Source: Bacteroidota bacterium (lineage in GTDB: Bacteria; Bacteroidota; Rhodothermia; Balneolales; Balneolaceae). Taken from it: a stretch of DNA of 43,783 nt. Position numbers and translations under genes: made by a program. The stretch covers positions 1 to 43,783 of the forward strand of contig JBNJFK010000001.1 in assembly GCA_051746765.1 (NCBI GenBank), read 5' to 3'. Position 1 is the stretch's first letter. Each line of letters opens with the position of its first letter. Shown here piece by piece: positions 1 to 8,835 of the stretch. A model generated the notes under the pieces. The model had not been told where the DNA came from and searched no databases. It was given only the letters and a program-made list of their open reading frames with translations.

Positions 1-519
1 CTCACGCTGCTCGACGAGGTCGGAATCGATGTAGGCGCACACGTCGCCTCCGTTCTCAAGCCTCTATTTGACGAACGAGGCGGAGTCACCAGTACCCTCT
101 CCTCCAATCTGAAAGAGCGAGGGGAACTGGGTCGCAAGAGCGGCAAGGGGATCTATCAATACGAGGATGGCAAGCGTTCGGGATTGAATCCTGCGCTTGC
201 AGAACTACTGGAGGATTCCGGGCGGGAAGCACCCGGAGAGGAAGAGATTCGTGACCACCTCCTGTTGAGCATGGTCAATGAAGCGGCCTGGTGCTTGCAG
301 GACGGGATTTTGCTCACGCCGCAGGACGGGGATCTGGGTGCCATTTTGGGCCTCGGGTTCCCACCCTTTACTGGTGGACCGTTTCGATACCTGGATCAAG
401 AGGGGATTACCTCTGTCTTGAAACGTCTCGAAGCGTTGCGATCGACCGCTGGAGACCGGTTTACTGCTCCCGGCCAGCTGGAAGAGATGGAACGGAAAGG
501 AGAGAAATTCCACTCGTGA
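1..519 (+). CDS. C-terminal 3-hydroxyacyl-CoA dehydrogenase region of a FadB/FadJ-type fatty-acid oxidation protein (5' partial, enters from the window edge)
   Basis: Frame 1 is open from nt 1 and continuous with track ORF 184..519. The translation LTLLDEVGIDVGAHV...GRKSGKGIYQYEDG...EEIRDHLLLSMVNEAAWCLQDGIL...DGDLGAILGLGFPPFTGGPFRYLD matches the conserved HCDH C-terminal domain. Confidence 0.8.
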   Translation, partial: LTLLDEVGIDVGAHVASVLKPLFDERGGVTSTLSSNLKERGELGRKSGKGIYQYEDGKRSGLNPALAELLEDSGREAPGEEEIRDHLLLSMVNEAAWCLQDGILLTPQDGDLGAILGLGFPPFTGGPFRYLDQEGITSVLKRLEALRSTAGDRFTAPGQLEEMERKGEKFHS

Positions 520-706
520 ATCGTGATTTCATACACTCTCCGGAGACGACCCTCATCCGGGTTCCGATCCCGACACAACCGGTTCAACCCGAAGGGAACG
601 GGAGCGCCTCTCTCCTGCGCTTCAGGACATGTGACTTCATTGGGCAGGGCTCAAAAATGTGTTATCTTTAGGGCTATCCCGAAAACACGAACGATTAGGA
701 CACACT

Positions 707-1036
707 ATGACGACGAACTGGATCAATTCCGTATTCATGATGGCTCCCCCGGACGGCGGTTCCGACGGAGCGCTGATCAACCTGCTCTTTCTGGCAGCCC
801 TCTTTTTTGTCTTCTATTTTTTCATCATCCGCCCGCAGACCAAACGGCAAAAAGAGATTACCAACAAGGTCCAGGAAATGAAGAAGGGGGACAAGGTGGT
901 GACCAGCGGTGGTCTCATCGGTCACTTGAGTTCCGATGATGACGAAACGGTTCTATTGGAAGTGGACAACGGAGTGAAGATCCGGTTTCAAAAGGGTGCC
1001 ATCGTCGATGTCAATCCTGATAAATCGGACAAGTAA
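707..1036 (+). CDS. yajC: Preprotein translocase subunit YajC
   Basis: The first ATG in ORF 659..1036 is at 707. It has a single TM (LINLLFLAALFFVFYFFIIRPQ) followed by the YajC signature RPQTKRQKE...KKGDKVVTSGGLIG. Confidence 0.85.
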   Translation: MTTNWINSVFMMAPPDGGSDGALINLLFLAALFFVFYFFIIRPQTKRQKEITNKVQEMKKGDKVVTSGGLIGHLSSDDDETVLLEVDNGVKIRFQKGAIVDVNPDKSDK

Positions 1037-1098
1037 TCCCTTTTCCGTGACCGCCCGGCCGTTTGGTCCGATGCCGATCACGGAATGGAGCAGAAGTC

Positions 1099-2325
1099 AT
1101 GTCTGAACAGCCGTTTCATACCATTGAAGAGGCGATCGAGGAGATCCGCCAGGGGAAGATGATTATTGTCGTGGACGATGAAGACCGCGAGAATGAAGGG
1201 GATTTCCTGATGGCTGCCGAAATGGCGAGCCCGGAAGCCGTCAACTTCATGGCCAAACATGGACGCGGGCTCATCTGCGTTCCGGTTACGCGGGAACGGG
1301 CGACCGATCTGGACCTGAACTACATGGTATCCGAGGGCGCCGACCCGAATGAAGCGGCATTTACCATCTCGGTCGATCACAAAGAGCTGACCACCACCGG
1401 GATATCGGCATCGGACCGAGCCAATACAATCCGCGCGATGATTCGCGACGGAGTCTCCGCGAACGAATTCCGCCGACCGGGACACGTCTTTCCACTAATC
1501 GGTGCGCGGGGAGGAGTCTTGCGGCGGGCCGGTCATACGGAGGCAGCCATCGACTTTGCTCGCCTAGCTGGCCTGAAACCGGCCGGAGTGATCTGCGAGA
1601 TCATGAAGGATGACGGAGAGATGGCCCGTTTGCCTCAGTTGATCGAGATTGCACGTGAGTTCGATCTGATCCTGGTCACGATCAAGGATCTGATCGCCTA
1701 CCGCATGAAGCACGAATCGCTGGTTACCAAACGATCCTCGACTCATCTCCCCACGATCTATGGCGATTTTACACTGCACGCCTTTCAGGAGATTGCGACC
1801 GAGGATACCCACTTGGCTTTGACCAAGGGCGAGTGGACCGAAGAAGATCCGGTTCTTGTCCGCGTTCACTCGTCCAATCCGTTGGGAGATATTTTCGGAA
1901 GTAAACGAAGTGACAAAACCGGACTTCTGCATCAAACCCTGCGCATGGTCGAGGAGGCCGGGCAGGGGGTGGTGCTCTACATGGATCAAATGACTCGTAA
2001 CCGGATGATTCTCCACCAACTCAAGTCCCTGGAGCTACAGGATCAGGGACATTCGATCGAGGAGATTCGTCAGCAGTTGGGCAACCCGATGGACTATCGG
2101 GACTACGGGGTCGGAGCGCAAATTCTCCATCAACTGGGGATCCGAAAATTACGGCTGCTCACCAACAATCCGGTCAAACGGGTCGGGCTGCGTAGTTTCG
2201 GATTGGAGATGGTCGAAGAGGTGGCCATTCCGCTCGATCATTTGAACCTGGATCATCCGGACGACAAGCTCGATAAACCGGACGAACAGGGAGACAGCTT
2301 TATCAAGAATCTGATGCTGGAGTAG
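1099..2325 (+). CDS. ribB: 3,4-dihydroxy-2-butanone-4-phosphate synthase fused to a GTP cyclohydrolase II-like domain that lacks the zinc cysteines (RibBX-like)
   Basis: ATG at 1099 is preceded by GGAG at 1087..1090; the track start at 1063 is TTG. The DHBPS motifs are intact (DDEDRENEGDFLMAAE, RPGHVFPL, GHTEAAIDFARLAG). The C-terminal half aligns to RibA but reads VRVHSSNPLGDIFGSKRSDKTG where RibA has HSECLTGD...LRCDCG. Confidence 0.85.
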   Translation: MSEQPFHTIEEAIEEIRQGKMIIVVDDEDRENEGDFLMAAEMASPEAVNFMAKHGRGLICVPVTRERATDLDLNYMVSEGADPNEAAFTISVDHKELTTTGISASDRANTIRAMIRDGVSANEFRRPGHVFPLIGARGGVLRRAGHTEAAIDFARLAGLKPAGVICEIMKDDGEMARLPQLIEIAREFDLILVTIKDLIAYRMKHESLVTKRSSTHLPTIYGDFTLHAFQEIATEDTHLALTKGEWTEEDPVLVRVHSSNPLGDIFGSKRSDKTGLLHQTLRMVEEAGQGVVLYMDQMTRNRMILHQLKSLELQDQGHSIEEIRQQLGNPMDYRDYGVGAQILHQLGIRKLRLLTNNPVKRVGLRSFGLEMVEEVAIPLDHLNLDHPDDKLDKPDEQGDSFIKNLMLE

Positions 2326-2845
2326 AGGGTGTTGGCATCACTCGATTGTGAAAGAGAAGCATCACGATAATCGATGTGGTGATGGCAATGTCGGCGACGT
2401 TGAAGATATAGGGGAAGACCGGTCGATCCCATAATTCCAGATTGAAGTGGATAAAGTCGATCACATGACCATCCAGGAGAGATCCGTGCCCTTCGATATA
2501 GCCCATCGTCAACCGATCCGTAATATTTCCGAGTGCTCCGCCCAGAATGGCCCCCATGCAGATCAGATAGGCCGTTGTCGAGCTCTCCAGATTTCGAAGC
2601 AGATAGACAAAGATGGCAATCGTTGCCAGGATGGCCACACCACTAATCACGGGAGTTGAAAAGAACTCCATACCCATCGCCATACCTGGATTCTGCGTAT
2701 AGTTGAACTGCAGCCACCCGTCAATAATCTCCAGGTGATGAAGTTCCATTGAGTAGCGAACCCAGTGCTTGGTGATCTGATCCAGGATCCAGACCCCCAA
2801 AATTGGAACAAAGAGTAGACGCAGCTTACGTATTCGTTCAGTCAA
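2303..2845 (-). CDS. lspA: Lipoprotein signal peptidase (signal peptidase II)
   Basis: Four-TM protein with the LspA motifs GALGNITDRL and FNVADIAIT. It sits in the conserved ileS-lspA neighbourhood. Confidence 0.9.
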   Translation of the reverse strand: MTERIRKLRLLFVPILGVWILDQITKHWVRYSMELHHLEIIDGWLQFNYTQNPGMAMGMEFFSTPVISGVAILATIAIFVYLLRNLESSTTAYLICMGAILGGALGNITDRLTMGYIEGHGSLLDGHVIDFIHFNLELWDRPVFPYIFNVADIAITTSIIVMLLFHNRVMPTPSTPASDS

Positions 2846-2879
2846 AACGTTGCGGAATTCTTCTGCGCTTGATGATGGA

Positions 2880-3281
2880 TCAGCGTCGTTTCAGTTTGGC
2901 CTCAATACTGAGCTGAGTGTGTGGAACCGCTTCGAGACGCCCTTTTGCAATCTTCTTCCCGGTCACTTTGCAAACCCCGTAGGTTTTGTTGTCGATCCGT
3001 TTGATTGCTTCGTCCAGATAACGAACAAACTTCCGGGTTCGATTGTAGAGCATATAGGTCTTCTCGCGCTCCTGTGCATCGGTTCCTGCATCGGCCATAT
3101 GGAAGGAGTAGGCCGACTCATCGGACGCATTCTCCATACTCTCCCGAAGGGAACTTTGCAGAGATTCGAGCTCTTGCTCGGATTCGTCTCGTTTGCGCAG
3201 AATGATTTCCCGGAAATACTCCAGTTCTTCATCGCTATAAGGAGAAACTCTCTCTTTGGACTCTTTTTTGGATGCTGCCAT
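2880..3281 (-). CDS. DksA/TraR-family protein with a degenerate (non-Cys4) zinc-finger region
   Basis: Acidic coiled-coil N-terminal half (DEELEYFREIIL...) and a C-terminal YGVCKVTGKKIAKGRLEAVPHTQLSIEAK that aligns to the DksA CxxC-17-CxxC finger but keeps only one Cys. It lies between ileS and lspA. Confidence 0.8.
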   Translation of the reverse strand: MAASKKESKERVSPYSDEELEYFREIILRKRDESEQELESLQSSLRESMENASDESAYSFHMADAGTDAQEREKTYMLYNRTRKFVRYLDEAIKRIDNKTYGVCKVTGKKIAKGRLEAVPHTQLSIEAKLKRR

Positions 3282-3291
3282 AATACTTCAG

Positions 3292-6200
3292 TTAATGGTT
3301 GATCGTTCGTCGAATCGAAATTTCAAAAGGAACTCCTTCGACTTCCCAGTCTTTCACAAAATCGGCTTGGGGAAGGGCGTCCGTTGTCAGCGAGTCGGCC
3401 AACGTCTCTGTCTGAATATACTCTTTCATTGCCTGCACCGCTTCTCCAATCTCACCATCCCCGCGAAGCCCGACATCGATGTGATCGGTTACATCGTAAT
3501 CGGCCTCTTTTCGCATGTTCTGAATTCTGTTGACCAGCTCCCTGGCGAGTCCTTCTCTCCGTAATTCATCGGTAATCTCCGTATCCAGCGCAACTGTGAC
3601 CCCTTTCTCGGTCTCGACACTCCATCCCTCCAGACCGGACCGAAGAATCTCAAGATCTTCTCTGACCAGCGTTACGGATTCTCCGCCCTCAAGAGACATG
3701 TCAAACTGCCCTTCGGCTTCGAATGTGGTTATCTCGTCGGTCGTCATCTGCGCAACTGCAGCAGCAACCGGTTTCATCAGCTTCCCGATCTTCTTCCCCA
3801 ATACAGGGAAATTGGGCTTTGCCTTCTTACTAACAATCTTGGAATCGTCATCGACAAATTCGATCGCTTTGACATTAACTTCATCCAGAATGATGTCACG
3901 TACCGATGCCACCGCTTCCCGCTCCGAACTCTTGAGCGGCAATATGATTCGAGCCAGTGGTTGTCTGACATTCATGTCAATCTGATTCCGGATTCGAAGA
4001 ACCGTCGAGCTTATGATGCGTGCCAACTCCATACGATGTTCCAGAGGACGATCAATGGAGGTCTCCTCTACCGTCGGGTAGTAGGCCAGATGCACGGATT
4101 CGACATCCCGTCCGGTTACGCTGTTCAAATTCCGGTGCAGCCATTCACCAAATGCGGGTGCAAACGGACTCATGATGATGGCCATATCGGAGAGACACTC
4201 GTACAATGTTTGATAGGCGGCCGTCTTGTCCAGAGACTTCCCTTCCCTCCAGAATCGTCGACGACTTCGTCGTACATACCAGTTGCTTAGATCATCGACC
4301 ACCTGTTCGACTTCCCGGGCGGCCCGGGTTGGTTCGTAGTTGTCCAGGTGTTCGTCTACCCGCTTGATCGTTGTATTCATGCGCGAGAGGATCCATCGGT
4401 CCATCTCGGTTCGCTCGCTGTGGACAAGCGGGTTTCCATCGTAGGTAAAGCCATCGATATTTGCATACATCGCAAAGAATGAGTAGGTGCTTACCACGGT
4501 GTTGAAGAGCTTCCTCTGCGTCTCCTTGAGCCCTTCTTCACTGAATTTGAGATTTTCCCAGGGAGCCGAATTGCTCATCATGTACCAACGGACAACATCC
4601 GCTCCATAAGCCTGAATCACCTCAAAGGGATCCACTGTATTCCCCTTCGATTTACTCATCTTGTTTCCCTTCTCGTCCAAAACCAGACCATTGGAGACAA
4701 CATTCTCGTAGGCAGGTTTGTCGAAAAGCATGGTCCCGAGCGCGTGCAACGTGTAGAACCAACCCCGGGTCTGATCCACACCTTCGGCAATAAAATCTGC
4801 CGGGAAGTGCGTTTTAAACTCTTTTTTGTTCTCGAATGGGTAGTGCCATTGAGCAAAAGGCATCGCGCCCGAGTCGAACCAGACGTCCAGTAAATCGGGA
4901 ACCCGACGCATGGTCGAACCGTCCGGTGCTTCCCATGTGATCTCGTCGAGCCACGGCCGGTGCAGATCGATTTCCTCGTCACTGGAGAGTCCTGCTTTCT
5001 TCCGAAGCTCGTCCACACTGCCGATACACTCGATGTAGTCGGCATTCTCGTCACTCACCCAGATCGGAATCGGAGTTCCCCAATAACGCTGTCGGGAGAT
5101 CGCCCAATCGACATTGTTCTCCAGCCATGTACCGAATCGTCCGGTTCCTGTGGATTTCGGCTTCCAATTGATTTCCCGGTTCAATTCGACCATTCGATCT
5201 TTGACGCTGGTCGTCCGAATAAACCAGGACTCGACCGGGTAGGACATCAGGGGAGTACCCTTTCGCCAGTCAAATGGATAGTTGTGTACGCAAGTCTCGT
5301 GCCGGTAGAGTAGCCCCTTCTCCTTGAGTGCACGAGAGATCGGCTTGTCTGCCTCTTTGAACCAGACCCCCTCCCACTCCGGTGCCTGATCAGTAAAACG
5401 ACCTTCCCGATCAATTGGATTGAAAAGTGGGATTCCTTCACGCCGGCAGCTCTCAAAGTCATCGGCTCCGTAGGCCGGGGCCGTGTGAACCACACCGGTC
5501 CCGTCTTCGGTCGTTACATAGTCGGCTGCAATTACACGGAAGGCCTGTTCGCGTTCAATTTCTCGGAGTGCATCCTCGAACAGAGGCTCATAACGCATAC
5601 CGAGCAACTCCTTACCCGGGCAGCGGTCGATGATCTCGTAATCATCGATGAGCGCATCGTCCAGACACCCTTCGGCCAAAATAAGCGTTTCGTCACGATC
5701 GCCTTTCATCTGCACCCGGACATAGGTCAACTCCGGATGAACGGCCAATGCCAGATTCGACACCGTGGTCCATGGGGTGGTGGTCCAGGCGAGAAAACTG
5801 GTATTCTCTTCTCCTTCTACCGGAAATCGGATATAGATGGACGGATCCTGCGTCTCCTCGTACCCGAGGCTCACCTCGTGTGACGAGAGAACTGTGGCAC
5901 TTCCGGGGGAGTACCACTGAATTTTATACCCCTTGTAGATCAAATCCTTTTCATGAAGCGTTTTGAACGCCCACCAAACCGATTCGATATAATCGTTTTC
6001 GAAGGTGACATAGGGGTTATCCAAGTCGACCCAATAGCCCATGCGACGGGTCAGCTCGTCCCAAAGATCTTTGTACTTGAGTACACTCTCCCGACACCGG
6101 GCATTGTATTTGGCCACACCGTACTCTTCGATCTGCTGACGCCCATCGAGACCGAGCTCCTTCTCGACTTCGATCTCTACAGGCAGTCCGTGTGTATCCC

Positions 6201-6459
6201 AACCGGCTTTTCGATCGACCCGAAACCCCTTAAGCGTCTTGTACCTGCAGATCAAATCCTTGACTGTACGTGCAAGAACATGATGAATTCCCGGTTTGCC
6301 GTTGGCAGTAGGCGGCCCCTCATAGAATGTGAACGGTATTCCGTCCCTCCTGGACTCCAGGCTCTTCTCGAAGATCCTCTGCTCTTCCCACCACTGCAGA
6401 ATCTCGACCTCTGCCTTTGGGTACGTGAGCTGTTTTACCTCTTCAAATCGTCTGTTCAT
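3292..6459 (-). CDS. ileS: Isoleucine--tRNA ligase (long, type-2-like form)
   Basis: The internal ATG at 6459 (MNRRFEEVKQLTYPKAE) fits IleRS N-termini; the 35 upstream codons of the track ORF look like noncoding read-through. It has a HIGH-type motif (PGIHHVLART), a KMSKS motif (KMSKSKGN) and an editing-domain region. Length is 1055 aa. Confidence 0.95.
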   Translation of the reverse strand: MNRRFEEVKQLTYPKAEVEILQWWEEQRIFEKSLESRRDGIPFTFYEGPPTANGKPGIHHVLARTVKDLICRYKTLKGFRVDRKAGWDTHGLPVEIEVEKELGLDGRQQIEEYGVAKYNARCRESVLKYKDLWDELTRRMGYWVDLDNPYVTFENDYIESVWWAFKTLHEKDLIYKGYKIQWYSPGSATVLSSHEVSLGYEETQDPSIYIRFPVEGEENTSFLAWTTTPWTTVSNLALAVHPELTYVRVQMKGDRDETLILAEGCLDDALIDDYEIIDRCPGKELLGMRYEPLFEDALREIEREQAFRVIAADYVTTEDGTGVVHTAPAYGADDFESCRREGIPLFNPIDREGRFTDQAPEWEGVWFKEADKPISRALKEKGLLYRHETCVHNYPFDWRKGTPLMSYPVESWFIRTTSVKDRMVELNREINWKPKSTGTGRFGTWLENNVDWAISRQRYWGTPIPIWVSDENADYIECIGSVDELRKKAGLSSDEEIDLHRPWLDEITWEAPDGSTMRRVPDLLDVWFDSGAMPFAQWHYPFENKKEFKTHFPADFIAEGVDQTRGWFYTLHALGTMLFDKPAYENVVSNGLVLDEKGNKMSKSKGNTVDPFEVIQAYGADVVRWYMMSNSAPWENLKFSEEGLKETQRKLFNTVVSTYSFFAMYANIDGFTYDGNPLVHSERTEMDRWILSRMNTTIKRVDEHLDNYEPTRAAREVEQVVDDLSNWYVRRSRRRFWREGKSLDKTAAYQTLYECLSDMAIIMSPFAPAFGEWLHRNLNSVTGRDVESVHLAYYPTVEETSIDRPLEHRMELARIISSTVLRIRNQIDMNVRQPLARIILPLKSSEREAVASVRDIILDEVNVKAIEFVDDDSKIVSKKAKPNFPVLGKKIGKLMKPVAAAVAQMTTDEITTFEAEGQFDMSLEGGESVTLVREDLEILRSGLEGWSVETEKGVTVALDTEITDELRREGLARELVNRIQNMRKEADYDVTDHIDVGLRGDGEIGEAVQAMKEYIQTETLADSLTTDALPQADFVKDWEVEGVPFEISIRRTINH

Positions 6460-6520
6460 ACCGATGCGTTGCGTCCTGTTTGGAAAAAACCGGAAGCGTC
6501 CAATATACGAAATTCTGCAC

Positions 6521-6553
6521 AAAAAATGATCTGATGCACACCACGACAGATCA
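6521..6553 (-). promoter_or_regulatory. Terminator-like hairpin plus T6 in the ileS 5' leader (candidate attenuator)
   Basis: On the minus strand the sequence reads TGATCTG-13 nt loop-CAGATCA followed by TTTTTT, about 62 nt upstream of the ileS ATG. No minus-strand gene lies upstream that it could terminate. Confidence 0.3.
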
Positions 6554-6684
6554 GAGACAAACATACAATCTTTGACTCCGGAAGGCCAAATAAAGCGAAT
6601 AGGATCGAGAGTGGAGCATGAATTTCCTCTCCTGAAACGCTATCTTTTGCGTTGACAGTTCACCAATGCAACGATGCCAACACC

Positions 6685-7212
6685 ATGAGTAAAAACGACT
6701 GGCCCGGCCGCACCATTTCCAGAGAGAATCCGTACCGGATCTGCTTTGTCTGCTTGGGGAACATTTGCCGTAGTCCGACAGCAGAAGGTATTTTTCAGCA
6801 TTTGATATGCGAAGAAGAACTGGACCCATTCTTTCTGATCGACTCGTCCGGTACCTCCGGATGGCATCGGGGGGAATCCGCAAACCAAAAATCTCAAGAG
6901 GTTGCCAATCGCCATGGAGTCACACTTCACTCGCGATCCAGAGCGTTTGACTCTCGGGACCTGGACGATTTTGATCTGATTCTGGCCATGGACACCGAGA
7001 ACCATCGAGATATTTTGGTCCATGCCGACAACGACGAGAAGAAGCGTCGGGTTCGTTTGATGCGGGATTTTGACCCGGAAGCAGACAGTCCATCCGTACC
7101 GGATCCGTATCACGGGGGGATCGATGGATTCGAACGTGTCTATCAGGTTCTCTATCGAAGCAACCGACATTTGCTCGAACAACTGAAACCGTCGATCGAG
7201 ACGACTCCATGA
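6685..7212 (+). CDS. Low-molecular-weight protein-tyrosine phosphatase
   Basis: ATG at 6685 (the track start at 6652 is TTG). It has the P-loop CLGNICRSPTAEG (CX5R-S) and a DP loop DPYHGG. Confidence 0.85.
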   Translation: MSKNDWPGRTISRENPYRICFVCLGNICRSPTAEGIFQHLICEEELDPFFLIDSSGTSGWHRGESANQKSQEVANRHGVTLHSRSRAFDSRDLDDFDLILAMDTENHRDILVHADNDEKKRRVRLMRDFDPEADSPSVPDPYHGGIDGFERVYQVLYRSNRHLLEQLKPSIETTP

Positions 7213-8084
7213 GCCGACTCCCGGACGCCCTGCACCAGCGATTGGAGCGTACATTGGGCCATCATATTCAATCGTTCACTCCGGTTCACGGTGGTGACAT
7301 TCATCAGGCTCTCCGGCTCGACACTCCGGAAGGCCCCCTCTTTCTTAAATGGAGCCAATCCCCCCTCCCTTCGATATTTGAGCGGGAAGCGAGTGGGTTA
7401 CAGTACTTGCGAGAGGCTGTTCATCCGGCTCGAATACCGACTGTGCATGCATGGGCCAACCCGGACGAAAACCGCCCCGGATACCTCCTCCTCGACTTTC
7501 TGGAAACCATCCCGTTTCACGAAAAGGGAATGGAATCGCTGGGAGAGACCATCGCACAACTTCACGGTAACACGCGGAAACGGTTTGGTCTCGCGGAGGA
7601 CAACTTTATCGGAACACTCGCCCAGTCCAACCGGGATTCGGACGACTGGATTCGGTTTTTCAGAGAGGAGCGAATCGAACCGCAAATAAAGCTCGCATTA
7701 AATTCCGGCCGACTTCGAAATGCCGACCGGGATGCATGGAACAGAATAGCAGCCAAACTCGAGAACCTGCTCCCGCCATCACAGCCCTCCCTGCTCCACG
7801 GTGATCTCTGGAGTGGAAATGTGCTTTGTTGCCGGGATGGAACGCCTGCCTTGATCGACCCGGCTGTCTATTATGGAAATCCGGAGATTGAAATCGCCTT
7901 TACAAAACTGTTTGGCGGATTTTCCGATACCTTCTATCGATCCTATTTCTCAGTTCGCCCGGAGGAACCCGGGTTCCAGGAACGAATACCGATCTACCAA
8001 CTCTATCCGTTACTGGTTCACACCAACCTCTTTGGAGGACACTATGTGCAACGCGTCCAGCAGATTCTCTCGCGCTACGACTGA
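7209..8084 (+). CDS. Fructosamine/ketosamine-3-kinase family protein
   Basis: Its start overlaps the PTP stop (ATGA). It has the FN3K-type kinase motifs LLHGDLWSGNV...ALIDPAVYYGNPEIEIAFTKLFGGF. Confidence 0.85.
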   Translation: MSRLPDALHQRLERTLGHHIQSFTPVHGGDIHQALRLDTPEGPLFLKWSQSPLPSIFEREASGLQYLREAVHPARIPTVHAWANPDENRPGYLLLDFLETIPFHEKGMESLGETIAQLHGNTRKRFGLAEDNFIGTLAQSNRDSDDWIRFFREERIEPQIKLALNSGRLRNADRDAWNRIAAKLENLLPPSQPSLLHGDLWSGNVLCCRDGTPALIDPAVYYGNPEIEIAFTKLFGGFSDTFYRSYFSVRPEEPGFQERIPIYQLYPLLVHTNLFGGHYVQRVQQILSRYD

Positions 8085-8103
8085 CCGGGGATTCCCGACC
8101 TGG

Positions 8104-8835
8104 ATGTTGGCGATTCTGTTGCTTGCTTCCGGTTGTCGGACATCCATCCAGACCTTGGAGATGGGAGAACTGCGCAGATCCGATCTGAGCCCGCAGGAAC
8201 TCGTTCATCTTGTTCATGGAGAAACGCCCGAACTTGAGCGAATTTCGGGTGAAGGGCGTTTATTCATTTCGCAACCGGGCGGAAGTGACCGTATAACCGT
8301 AGAGTTTCATGCAGATCGAGAGCGAGCGCTCTTCTCTTTTCGGAACCGGATCGGTATTGATGGTGGGGAAATCTTGGTCGATCAGGACTCCATTCGGGTC
8401 TGGAACAAGATGGATAATCTCTTGCAGATCGTCTCCAGAGACAATCCGGGACTGACACCCCTCGGTGCTCTCTCGACTCTTCCACTAACGGAGCTCTTCC
8501 AGGTTCGTCTGGATTCACGGGACATTGAAGAAATTCTTGAAAACGACACACACCTTGACGTTCAGCTGCAGAATGGTACCCGTCTGATAGTTACCAGACA
8601 AAGCGGAACGGTCCTTGAATTACACAAGGAGTCGGATCCGAATGCACTCTACGATCGTGCAGTCTATGAGCTCCATCGGGAGTCGGGGTCATTTCGATTA
8701 CCCGGCAAGATTACCATCTTTGGAACGGACGGAGAGACACGACTGACCCTTTTGATTCGGGAGGCAACGCCCAACGGCGAACTTCCACCTCTGCAACTGG
8801 ATCTACCATCCGGCATCCGGACCGAGCGTTTATGA
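8104..8835 (+). CDS. Outer-membrane lipoprotein, DUF4292/LolB-like (tentative family call)
   Basis: ATG at 8104 gives MLAILLLASGC, a signal peptide with a lipobox. The upstream part of track ORF 7873.. overlaps the kinase gene in another frame. Its stop overlaps the next start (ATGA). Pairing with an M23/EnvC-like gene is typical of DUF4292 in Bacteroidota, recalled from memory. Confidence 0.55.
   Translation: MLAILLLASGCRTSIQTLEMGELRRSDLSPQELVHLVHGETPELERISGEGRLFISQPGGSDRITVEFHADRERALFSFRNRIGIDGGEILVDQDSIRVWNKMDNLLQIVSRDNPGLTPLGALSTLPLTELFQVRLDSRDIEEILENDTHLDVQLQNGTRLIVTRQSGTVLELHKESDPNALYDRAVYELHRESGSFRLPGKITIFGTDGETRLTLLIREATPNGELPPLQLDLPSGIRTERL

Noticed and set aside
1037-1098. Looked for an FMN riboswitch upstream of the ribB fusion gene
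   Set aside because: The spacer is only 62 nt, too short for an FMN aptamer. It contains only a loose inverted repeat (TCCGTGA...TCACGGA).
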